A DNA stretch of 33,565 nucleotides from an uncultured Bacteroidales bacterium (GTDB taxonomy: Bacteria; Bacteroidota; Bacteroidia; Bacteroidales; Muribaculaceae): the NCBI GenBank assembly GCA_947177325.1, contig CAMWUH010000001.1, positions 1 to 33,565 on the forward strand, in the 5' to 3' direction. This document shows, piece after piece, positions 25,723 through 33,565 of the stretch. Within the stretch, counting starts at the first letter, position 1. Each line of letters starts with the position of its first letter. The notes under the pieces are model-generated. The model made no database searches, was not told the origin of the DNA, and worked only from the letters and a program-made list of their open reading frames with translations. A program made the translations under genes and the position numbers.

Positions 25723-26781
25723 ATGAAAGAGAACTTCGACTACGTTTTCCTCACCAACACCCCCTCATTCTATAAGGTCAATCTTTGCCGTGCACTTGCA
25801 AAGCGAGGGTTGAAGGGGCTGGTGGTTTTTTATGGTTTCGGCCGGGAAGCTGTCAACGTGGAGCCCGACAACTTGCCCAATCTCTTTTTTCACTTCCTTC
25901 ATACGGGCAACAGCGCACGCCGCAGCCGATGGGCAACATGGCGCGCGTTGCTGAAGCTGATGAAGTCAATTGAAACTTCAACGGTAATTTACTCCGGATG
26001 GTTAGCAACGGAATATAATCTTTATTCATTTCTCTCTCCTCGCCGACGCAATGTTGTCGTCGTGGAATCAACACCTTTCGAGTCTACTACAACGGGGCTA
26101 AAGAGTCGGCTGAAACGATTGATTGTCCGACGGATGGGGCGAGCATTACCTTCCGGTCAACTGAGCCTTGAACTTCTTAAACGGCTGGGATTTAAAGGCC
26201 GCGCCGAGCTAACAGGCTCTGTCGGGCTCATCGACATGCCAAGTCGTCCTGAATTTTCGCGTCGATACGAGCTCTCGCAGCCACTTCGCTGTCTTTACGT
26301 GGGGCGACTGGAAGAGGTTAAAAATCTTGAATGGCTCATAATGCAATTTGCGAAGTCAGGCCGACAGCTCACCATCGTCGGCGATGGCTCGCTTCGCGCC
26401 CGGCTTGAAAAAATTGCTACTCCCAATATCACATTTACCGGCTTCATCCCCAACAGCCAACTCAACGACATATATCTCACCCACGACCTTCTCGTGCTTC
26501 CCTCGCTTAGCGAACCATGGGGACTCGTAGTGGAGGAGGCTCTCTATCGCGGCCTTCCCGTGCTTGCCTCTGATGTTGTCGGCTCTACGCCGGAAATGAT
26601 TAATGCCACCGGAGCCGGAATGACCTTTCAGCTCAATAATGCCGATGATTTTGAGAGCTCAATCGCCCGGATTGAGCAAAATTATGCTACCTTTGCAGAA
26701 GCTGCCACTCAGATTGATTTCTTAGCTCGCGCTACCGCTCAAATCAACGCTTGGCAATCAGTTATCTCATCCCAACAATGA
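25723..26781 (+). CDS. Glycosyltransferase family 4 (GT-B)
   Basis: LYVGRLEEVKNL, LTIVGDGSLR, LVLPSLSEPWGLVVEEALYRGLPV. Confidence 0.92.
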   Translation: MKENFDYVFLTNTPSFYKVNLCRALAKRGLKGLVVFYGFGREAVNVEPDNLPNLFFHFLHTGNSARRSRWATWRALLKLMKSIETSTVIYSGWLATEYNLYSFLSPRRRNVVVVESTPFESTTTGLKSRLKRLIVRRMGRALPSGQLSLELLKRLGFKGRAELTGSVGLIDMPSRPEFSRRYELSQPLRCLYVGRLEEVKNLEWLIMQFAKSGRQLTIVGDGSLRARLEKIATPNITFTGFIPNSQLNDIYLTHDLLVLPSLSEPWGLVVEEALYRGLPVLASDVVGSTPEMINATGAGMTFQLNNADDFESSIARIEQNYATFAEAATQIDFLARATAQINAWQSVISSQQ

Positions 26782-28049
26782 ATTTAAAATCTCCCACCCG
26801 ACTTTATATTCACGGCGTAACTTCTACTTCGGTTATTCTTTGGCTGCTCGCTGCGGCCATGGTGATTACCCGCTTTTGGATTCCGGCAACTTCGCTGATA
26901 CCCGTTCCTCACGCTCAAGCATTGCAAATCTCCGTGCTCGGCATAACTCTTGTCTGGATGATTACGATATCTCCATCGATCAGGATGAGCCGACTCCTGG
27001 CTATCTATTTGGTTGTAGCCGGAGGATCAATCGTGGCTAATCATCAAGCTGATGCCACTGACAATCTGCTTCGTCTGGGAGCCTTTGTCGGAGTGCTGTT
27101 TTTGATTTCACCTCTAACAGTGAGCGTGGAACTCACTAATTTACGCGCCAAGATGTGGCGCCTCACCTGGTGGGCTCTCCGCCTGTTGGTTATTATCAAT
27201 TATGCCGAATATTTCAAAAACCGCATGGTCGGTTACATTTCTAATTGGGGGGCCGATGGTTTCTGTTTCTCCTCTGTGTGGTTAGGGATATTGTCAACTC
27301 TGGTGGTACTTAACTCATTCTGGCATCTGACAAACAACCGCCGGCTCTCGCTTGCCAGGGCACTTTACCACGGTGTGCTTTTCGCCCTCGCTTTTATGCT
27401 TGTAGTGGCCTCAGGTTCTCGCTCCGCGCTAATCGCTTTAGTGTTAGGTATGTTCCCGCTTATATGGTCGATGCGCCACAATCATTTCCGCATGCTTCTG
27501 CTGGCTGTCGGCGCGACTGCTATGGTGGGAGTTGCTTTTATCCCGCAGGAATCAGAGGGGCGCATCTTAAAGAAAAAAACCGGGTTGTGGGCTTATTATA
27601 ACCATCCCATCGGCTCGCGTGAAGTCATTTGGCAAGTCAGGCTTTCGGAGCTGAAATCATCGCCCTTCATTGGTGTCGGCTTCTGCCAATCGCCCGGCGT
27701 GGCGATCAATTTCTCCGATCCGAAGGGTATCTCTGAATATAAAAACTACACCACCGAACCCGGCTCGTCGTGGCTCAACATCGGTAGCACCACCGGACTG
27801 ATAGGCTTGCTGATAATGCTATCGTTTAATGTCAGATTGTTTTTCCATCTATGGCGCAACCGCAATGCTGACCGACAGGAATTTGCAATATTGCTGGCGT
27901 TACTGTTGGCTATGTGGGTTCACGCATGCTTCGAAGGATGGATGCTTTATGCCGGAAACCCCAAATTTTTCTTTTTCTGGCTCTTAACAGCCATTGCCTA
28001 TCAACTCAAGCTCAATCCCGAGCAAGCCGATCCCTATAAAGTGAGATAA
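26778..28049 (+). CDS. Wzy polymerase / O-antigen ligase-like membrane protein (copy 2)
   Basis: ATGA overlap start; multi-TM; ASGSRSA, SREVIW......LKSSPFIGVGF, TGLIG, VHACFEGW. Confidence 0.8.
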   Translation: MNLKSPTRLYIHGVTSTSVILWLLAAAMVITRFWIPATSLIPVPHAQALQISVLGITLVWMITISPSIRMSRLLAIYLVVAGGSIVANHQADATDNLLRLGAFVGVLFLISPLTVSVELTNLRAKMWRLTWWALRLLVIINYAEYFKNRMVGYISNWGADGFCFSSVWLGILSTLVVLNSFWHLTNNRRLSLARALYHGVLFALAFMLVVASGSRSALIALVLGMFPLIWSMRHNHFRMLLLAVGATAMVGVAFIPQESEGRILKKKTGLWAYYNHPIGSREVIWQVRLSELKSSPFIGVGFCQSPGVAINFSDPKGISEYKNYTTEPGSSWLNIGSTTGLIGLLIMLSFNVRLFFHLWRNRNADRQEFAILLALLLAMWVHACFEGWMLYAGNPKFFFFWLLTAIAYQLKLNPEQADPYKVR

Positions 28050-28055
28050 TAGTCA

Positions 28056-29159
28056 ATGAAGGTAGTTCACACAGTTGGAGGTTTTGACAGTGCCGGAGGT
28101 GGCGTTACCACTGCCATGAGCCATCTTGTCGATGCCATGCAGCCGCTTGTCGACTCCTGCCGGGTGCTGACGGTTGAACCAACTGATGGCTCTTATGCAT
28201 TACCCCGCTGGGTCGACACTGTGCCATGCGACTACTTTACCCCCCTCTCCCTCTCCAAAAACCTCCGCAACGCTATGCGCTCCGTTCCGGCCGACATTCT
28301 TCACACCAACGGACTATGGATGCATATCAATCATCTCACTGCTGTTGAAGCTCGCCGGCGCCGCATACCGTTTGTCCTCTCCCCTCACGGCATGCTCTAT
28401 GGCGCAGCGCTCAGCCGATCTGCGTGGAAAAAACATCTGATGAGCAGCCTTTGGTTTCGGCACGACATCAGTTCTGCCGATGCAATCCACGCCACCTGCA
28501 ACGCTGAAGCGCAGTCCATTACCGACTTCGGCTATCGCGGACACATTGAAGTGATTCCTAACGCCGTGGTGCAACCGGCCTATGTAGCCGATATACGTGC
28601 CGCGCGCTCTTACGACTTCGACGGCCCTACATTCGGCTTCCTCGGTCGACTTCACCCCCGCAAAGGGATTGAACTTCTCATCAATGCTTATGCCAAAGCC
28701 GAAGTGCCCGGCTCTCGCCTGATCATCATGGGCTCAGGCGACATCGGCTATCAACGTCAACTCCGCTCTATTGTCTCTTCGCTGAAACTTGAGAATTCGG
28801 TGGTCTTTACCGGCCACATCGACGGTAGGGAAAAATTTGAACACCTTGCGTCGCTAACGGCTCTTTTCGTGCCGAGTGACTTTGAAAACTTCGGCATGAT
28901 TGTGCCCGAGGCTCTGATGGCCGGTACTCCCGTAGTGGCTGCCGACACAACTCCCTGGCAAATGCTTGAGCAACACAACTGTGGCTGGTGGCGTCCGCGC
29001 GACATTGACTCCTTAGTCGACTCCATGCGTCAAATCTCTTCCACCACCCCCTCCCTACTTCAACAAATGGGCAATCGCGGAGCCATTATGGTTGCCGAGC
29101 ATTTCTCGCCCGAAGTGGTTGCCGACCAAATGCTGAATCTCTACAACTCGCTTTTATGA
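28056..29159 (+). CDS. Glycosyltransferase family 4 (GT-B)
   Basis: MKVVH...GGG, PFVLSPHGML, FLGRLHPRKGIE, PSDFENFGMIVPEALMAGTPV. Confidence 0.92.
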   Translation: MKVVHTVGGFDSAGGGVTTAMSHLVDAMQPLVDSCRVLTVEPTDGSYALPRWVDTVPCDYFTPLSLSKNLRNAMRSVPADILHTNGLWMHINHLTAVEARRRRIPFVLSPHGMLYGAALSRSAWKKHLMSSLWFRHDISSADAIHATCNAEAQSITDFGYRGHIEVIPNAVVQPAYVADIRAARSYDFDGPTFGFLGRLHPRKGIELLINAYAKAEVPGSRLIIMGSGDIGYQRQLRSIVSSLKLENSVVFTGHIDGREKFEHLASLTALFVPSDFENFGMIVPEALMAGTPVVAADTTPWQMLEQHNCGWWRPRDIDSLVDSMRQISSTTPSLLQQMGNRGAIMVAEHFSPEVVADQMLNLYNSLL

Positions 29160-29935
29160 TACCGATATCGATAGTAACCGTTGTGCGCAACGACATCAAT
29201 GGTATCCACGCCACCATTGAGTCGGTCAAGCAACAAACTGCGCGCGAGCAGATTGAATATATTGTTATCGATGGTGCATCAACCGACGGCACTACTGAGT
29301 TACTTCGCAACGCCGCCTCCGATATTGACATCCTCGTCAGCGAACCTGACAGCGGTATATACGATGCCATGAACAAGGGCCTTATGCTTGCCGGCGGCCG
29401 ATTCGTCTTGTTTCTCAACAGTGGCGACACTCTCCACTCCCCCTCCGCAGTGGCAGAGATTATCAATCTGATGAACTCTGATTCCGAGCGAAATTATGCG
29501 ATGATTTATGGCACTTACTGCGAACGCTACGCCGATGGCACCTTATCGCGCCCAATCCCCTGCCGCAACCCTCGCATGATTTGGTACGGCCCCGTGGCTT
29601 GCCATCAGTCAATATTCTATAATCGCGAAACCCTCATTGAACTGGGGCTGAGCTATGACACGTCTTATAAGATAGCTGCCGACTACAATCTAACCTGCCA
29701 ACTCCTCAAAGCGAGTAATTATAACGCACTGAAAACCGATATCGTCGTTGCCGATTTCGATGTCAGCGGCATCTCTAACACTAATCAAAATCTCGGCTTG
29801 AAAGAGGCCGGGCGAGTGCGTCGTCACGTATTGGGCTGGAACCCCTTGCGAGTAGCGCTTCTCTCCGTAACTCTCCGCTCCGCCCGCCTTCTCAAAAAAT
29901 TCTGCCGCCCACTCTACAATACCCTGCGAATGTAA
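29156..29935 (+). CDS. Glycosyltransferase family 2 (WcaE/WfgS-like)
   Basis: EYIVIDGASTDGT, SEPDSGIYDAMNKG, FLNSGD, CHQS, YKIAADY. Confidence 0.92.
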   Translation: MIPISIVTVVRNDINGIHATIESVKQQTAREQIEYIVIDGASTDGTTELLRNAASDIDILVSEPDSGIYDAMNKGLMLAGGRFVLFLNSGDTLHSPSAVAEIINLMNSDSERNYAMIYGTYCERYADGTLSRPIPCRNPRMIWYGPVACHQSIFYNRETLIELGLSYDTSYKIAADYNLTCQLLKASNYNALKTDIVVADFDVSGISNTNQNLGLKEAGRVRRHVLGWNPLRVALLSVTLRSARLLKKFCRPLYNTLRM

Positions 29936-30474
29936 TGAACCTCTCTGACTATCGCGAACCGAAACCCCACCGCCTGCGCCGTATACTTTGGGCCGCCGTC
30001 AATGCCTCGTTGTTTCGTTGGCTGCCCGGGCATATCGGCTGGCCGCTTCGCAAAGCGCTTCTTCGTCTTTTCGGAGCTCGATTAGGACGCAACAGCTACG
30101 TCTACGCCTCATGTCGCATCTACGCTCCATGGATGCTTCAAATGGGGCGCGCACTGTTAGGACCCCGCACTGAGGTCTATAACCGCGCTTTCGTTACCAT
30201 TGGTGATGACTCTGTAATTTCACAAGGTTCATTTATCTGCACCGCCTCCCACGATATTTCCTCCCTTATGCTTCCCCCGGTGTTATCTCCGGTCACTATC
30301 GGCAACAACGTGTGGGTGGCCGCCAACGCCTTCATTGGACCGGGAGTGGAGCTCGGCGAGGGCGTAGTTGTCGGGGCCACTGCCTCGGTTTATCGCCCCA
30401 TAGAGCCCTGGACAGTTGTCGGAGGCAACCCGGCCCGACCTATAAAGAAACGTGTTATCAAAAATGAAGCCTGA
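29935..30474 (+). CDS. Hexapeptide-repeat O-acetyltransferase, WcaF-like
   Basis: LLRLFGARLG, RIYAPW.L.MG, ISQG..ICTASHD, IGNNVWVAA.AFIGPGV.LGEG.VVGA, VVGGNPARPIKKR. Confidence 0.9.
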   Translation: MNLSDYREPKPHRLRRILWAAVNASLFRWLPGHIGWPLRKALLRLFGARLGRNSYVYASCRIYAPWMLQMGRALLGPRTEVYNRAFVTIGDDSVISQGSFICTASHDISSLMLPPVLSPVTIGNNVWVAANAFIGPGVELGEGVVVGATASVYRPIEPWTVVGGNPARPIKKRVIKNEA

Positions 30475-31366
30475 CATCACAGCCATAATTCTTACTAAAG
30501 ACGAAGATATCCACATTGCCCGCTCGGTTGAGTCAGCGATGAAAGTGGCGCGTCGGGTCATAGTGGTTGACTCCGGCTCTACTGATTCCACCCGCGACAT
30601 TGCCTGTGGCGCGGGGGCCGAAGTTGTTGAAATGCCTTGGCCCGGCAACCAGGCTGCTCAATTCAATCGGGTACTTGACACACTGCCTATCGACTCGCAA
30701 TGGATTCTCCGCCTTGACGCTGATGAATGGCTCTCTGAAGGCCTCATCAACGAAATCAATCAAAGCTCGGCTCTCAACGACCCTGATGTGGCCGCCATTC
30801 GCCTCCCGTTGGGTCGATATTTCTTAGGCAAGCGTCTTCGCTTCGGCATCGCCAACTCCATCAGAATCATTCGCCTTTTCCGCAAAGGCCACGGCCGCTA
30901 CGCTCCCCGACTGATGGACGAGCACTTAGAGATTTCTGGGGGCAAAATCGTAGATTTCAAGGATCGCTTTTTCGATGACAATCGCCGGCCGCTCTCTTAT
31001 TTCATCGCCAAGCACAATGTCTACGCTCTGCGCGAAGCGGCCAACCATCTAATTAACCACTATGGTCTGACTCCGTCTCAAATTGCCGACGACTCCTCCG
31101 CCCTTGGCTCTGCCGTGCAATCCAAACGTCGCCAGAAGTCGCTCTATTATCGCCTCCCTCCTTACTGGCGAGCTGCCGCCTACTTCGGCTATCGCTATTT
31201 CTTGAGACTCGGCTTCATTGATGGCCGAGCAGGTTTCCTATGGGACTTTATGCAAGGCTGGTGGTATAGAAACCTGGTCGATGCCACGATCTCCGAAATT
31301 CTCAGCGCCACCGACAGTCGGCCGGAAGCTATAAGCCAATATCTCCGTGACCGCAACCTACTCTGA
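30464..31366 (+). CDS. Glycosyltransferase family 2 (beta-1,4-glucosyltransferase LgtF/KdtX-like)
   Basis: ITAIILTKDEDIHI.R, VVDSGSTDST, NQAAQFN, WILRLDADE, MDEH, KHN.YA.REA, YFLRLGFIDGRAG; ATG 30464 preferred. Confidence 0.9.
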   Translation: MKPDITAIILTKDEDIHIARSVESAMKVARRVIVVDSGSTDSTRDIACGAGAEVVEMPWPGNQAAQFNRVLDTLPIDSQWILRLDADEWLSEGLINEINQSSALNDPDVAAIRLPLGRYFLGKRLRFGIANSIRIIRLFRKGHGRYAPRLMDEHLEISGGKIVDFKDRFFDDNRRPLSYFIAKHNVYALREAANHLINHYGLTPSQIADDSSALGSAVQSKRRQKSLYYRLPPYWRAAAYFGYRYFLRLGFIDGRAGFLWDFMQGWWYRNLVDATISEILSATDSRPEAISQYLRDRNLL

Positions 31367-31372
31367 TTGCCA

Positions 31373-32182
31373 ATGACTAACGCTTGCTCGATGCCATTAC
31401 TGCTGACTGCCTCTGTCTCAACCCGAGGCATGCGTGGCGCGCTATTCAGCGATGAAGAGCGTGAGGCTATGTATGCGGCGGCACTCCGTTTCTACTGTAG
31501 TAAGTTGCTGCTATGCAACCCCGGGCAAACAATCGTGTTTGTTGAAAACTCCGGCTTCGACCTTACGCCCGTCAGAGAACGACTGCTCCGCGACTTCCAG
31601 ACTGTAGCCGCTCAAATCGAATTTATTTCGCTAAACCCAAACCTGTTTGACATCAGCCGAGGAAAAGGCTACAACGAAGCTCTCTCAATCTCCCTGGCCA
31701 TTGACCAATCTACGGCTATTAAATCTGCCGGCCGTTTTTTCAAAGCTACAGGCCGCTACCCCATCTTCAACATTGACTACTTCATCCGCTCAGCCTCAGC
31801 CAAATTCAGCCGTGGCGTAGAGCTCTACGCCGACGTCAAAGACCATAACCTTTATCATCGCCTCGGCCTGAAGTGGACTGCCCGACGCATGGACACCCGC
31901 CTTTTCGCCATGACCGTTGATTTCTGGCAAAAAGAAATAGCGCCGGGAGCCGACGCTATCAACGATGTTGACTATTATCTTGAATCGTATTGTTTTGACC
32001 GATGTCGCCACACTTCTCATAGCGCATCTTTGCGCTTTGGCCGCGAGCCTCACCTTGGGGGTGTGGCAGGCCATTCCGGGCCGGCAACGTTGATGACCTC
32101 ATCACATCAAGGCCCAAAAGCCACTGCCAAGCGTCTGCTTGCCAACACTCTCCGTTGCCTCATCCCCGGCTTCTGGTTTTAG
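31373..32182 (+). CDS. Hypothetical protein of the polysaccharide locus (possible divergent GT-A fold enzyme)
   Basis: ~270 aa soluble ORF tightly following the GT2 gene; motifs LLTAS, IVFVENSG, GKGYNE, FKATGRY; start could be 31367, 31373 or 31391. Confidence 0.7.
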   Translation: MTNACSMPLLLTASVSTRGMRGALFSDEEREAMYAAALRFYCSKLLLCNPGQTIVFVENSGFDLTPVRERLLRDFQTVAAQIEFISLNPNLFDISRGKGYNEALSISLAIDQSTAIKSAGRFFKATGRYPIFNIDYFIRSASAKFSRGVELYADVKDHNLYHRLGLKWTARRMDTRLFAMTVDFWQKEIAPGADAINDVDYYLESYCFDRCRHTSHSASLRFGREPHLGGVAGHSGPATLMTSSHQGPKATAKRLLANTLRCLIPGFWF

Positions 32183-32190
32183 CGTGCCGG

Positions 32191-32285
32191 TGCTACAAGC
32201 GCTACATGATACACGGGGTCGATACTGCTACACTGATACCGGGAGGTGTGTAGCGTGTAGCAATTGAGCGCTACGAGCTTGACCC
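32191..32285. repeat. Intergenic element of direct and inverted GCTAC(A)/(T)GTAGC repeats; may act as a bidirectional terminator or REP-like unit
   Basis: gctac at 32192, 32201, 32227, 32270; gtagc at 32250, 32257; lies between convergent stops. Confidence 0.55.
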
Positions 32286-32297
32286 TAAATTCCATCC

Positions 32298-32870
32298 TCA
32301 GCCTTTCGCTTTCAGCGAGCTGAGGATTTCTTTTTGAATTTCGTCAACCTTGCCTATCGCATTGATAGGGTGATAAATACCTTTGCCAATATAATGGTCG
32401 CGGAGTGGGTGCGAAACTTCGTGATACACCTTCAACCGCTGATTGATAGTTTCCAGATTGTCGTCAGCACGGCCGGTTTCCTCGCCGCGACGAAGCAAGC
32501 GCGGAATCAGTTGCGACACCGGCGCTTCCAATCCGACCACGGCATCGAGTTTGGTGCCACGCTCAGCCAGCAACGATTCCAATCGCTCAGCCTGGGCAAT
32601 TGTGCGGGGGAAACCATCGAGCAGCAATCTGCCGTTTGACTCCGGATGCTCATCAATGTGATGAGCCAAAATATCGATCATCAGCTCGTCAGGAATCAAA
32701 TTACCTTTAGAAATATAAGAATCGGCTACTTTGCCGAGTTCGGTTTTGCGGGCAATATGGTCACGAAGCAACTCGCCGGTTGATATGTGATAGAGATTGA
32801 GATTATCGATAAGAAGCTCTGACTGAGTGCCTTTGCCACTGCCGGGAGCTCCAAAAATTACCAAATTCAT
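32298..32870 (-). CDS. adk: Adenylate kinase (short-LID type)
   Basis: P-loop GAPGSGKGTQ, HISTGELLR, G.LIPDE, LLDGFPRTIAQA, GRADDN. Confidence 0.96.
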   Translation of the reverse strand: MNLVIFGAPGSGKGTQSELLIDNLNLYHISTGELLRDHIARKTELGKVADSYISKGNLIPDELMIDILAHHIDEHPESNGRLLLDGFPRTIAQAERLESLLAERGTKLDAVVGLEAPVSQLIPRLLRRGEETGRADDNLETINQRLKVYHEVSHPLRDHYIGKGIYHPINAIGKVDEIQKEILSSLKAKG

Positions 32871-32962
32871 AACGTTGGGTTAGGTGAATGCAAACAATAA
32901 TTTTTTACCTTAAAACAGCTGAAACTGATTGATTTCTCCGTGCGAGCCGCCGCTCGCTCCTA

Positions 32963-33511
32963 TCAATCTTTTTTTTCCTCTTTCAGCACATAAATATCGT
33001 TGAGGTTACGAGCCAACCCGTCAAGGTCCAGACCGAAACCGATGATAAATTTCTTGGGAATAGAGAAGCCGACATAGTCAGGATTAACCGGAACTTGCAG
33101 AGCCTCAGGCTTAAACAGCAGCGTCGCAACCTTCAATTGAGCCGGCTGCTTATCTTCCAAAGTTTTCAGTAAGCGAGCAATCGTGTTGCCGGTGTCGACT
33201 ATATCTTCTACCACAATAACCGTGCGGTCCTTGATATCCTCGTGCAACCCTATAACCTCTTTAACAACGCCCGTTGAGCCCATGCCCTCGTAGGATTTCA
33301 ATCTAATAAATGAAATTTCGGCATCAGTGTCGATAGCTCGGAAAAGGTCAGAGGCAAAAGGAAACGCACCATTGAGCACAACCAGAAACAGCGGTCGCTT
33401 GCCGCGGCACTCTTCTGAAATCTGGCGCCCAAGCTCGGCAACGCGAGCATCTATCTGCTCGCGTGTGATATAAGGCTCAAATGTCAGCCCATTGTATGTT
33501 ACTTCTTTCAT
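32963..33511 (-). CDS. hpt: Hypoxanthine phosphoribosyltransferase
   Basis: VLNGAFPFASDL, KSYEGMGSTG, PRPP motif VIVVEDIVDTGNT, LLFKP, FIIGFGLD; ATG at 33511 preferred because the TTG at 33541 overlaps the promoter. Confidence 0.96.
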   Translation of the reverse strand: MKEVTYNGLTFEPYITREQIDARVAELGRQISEECRGKRPLFLVVLNGAFPFASDLFRAIDTDAEISFIRLKSYEGMGSTGVVKEVIGLHEDIKDRTVIVVEDIVDTGNTIARLLKTLEDKQPAQLKVATLLFKPEALQVPVNPDYVGFSIPKKFIIGFGLDLDGLARNLNDIYVLKEEKKD

Positions 33512-33538
33512 AGAAAGGCAGGTAAGGAAATTTTCCCG

Positions 33539-33546
33539 CAAATTTA
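33539..33546 (-). promoter_or_regulatory. -7 promoter box for hpt-adk
   Basis: Minus-strand TAAATTTG 28 nt upstream of the hpt ATG. Confidence 0.65.
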
Positions 33547-33565
33547 CAAATTTTTTTTGAAGTTT

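Noticed and set aside
32216-32285. Hammerhead ribozyme or tRNA-like fold
   Set aside because: Lacks the CUGANGA and GAAA core and the tRNA T/D-loop consensus; kept only as an unnamed structured repeat.
338-32661. Numerous 60-150 aa overlapping or antisense ORFs in the ORF track (e.g. 3782-4210, 11645-12061, 16763-17224, 17083-17511)
   Set aside because: They lie within well-supported genes, have no recognisable motifs, and are expected shadows of biased codon usage.
4598-33541. Longest-ORF starts at 4598, 9575, 21016, 26751, 30452 and 33541
   Set aside because: Downstream ATGs fit better: they give proper signal peptides, stop/start overlaps or family-typical N-termini, or avoid overlapping a promoter.

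Overview
Bacteroidales chromosomal window, probably Muribaculaceae-like. This is inferred from TAnnTTTG promoters, the lack of Shine-Dalgarno sites, SusC/SusD, UpxY and a T9SS-type C-terminal tail. It has five parts. (i) The 3' end of a secreted protein with a Pro/Thr linker, a CBM26-like starch-binding module and a sorting tail. (ii) A housekeeping block: rpsU-xerC-raiA/hpf, a formate/nitrite channel and class II fructose-bisphosphate aldolase. (iii) A susC-susD pair with two uncharacterised surface lipoproteins and no hydrolase or regulator, running directly into a GT2 gene. (iv) A ~19 kb Wzx/Wzy-type capsule/EPS locus led by a long structured leader and upxY (no upxZ). It carries wecA-like, wza, wzc, wzx, 8 further glycosyltransferases, two paralogous Wzy/WaaL-like membrane proteins, a WcaF-like acetyltransferase and an orphan GT-like gene, but no nucleotide-sugar synthesis genes. 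(v) The convergent hpt-adk pair. No CRISPR array, tRNA, rRNA or transposase was seen. The most interesting leads are non-coding: a potential H-type pseudoknot just upstream of upxY, a GCTACA-repeat/three-way-junction element at the end of the capsule locus, and a switch-like leader on the FNT gene. The SusCD-capsule coupling and the duplicated polymerase/ligase also merit follow-up. All RNA structures were paired by eye, not computed.
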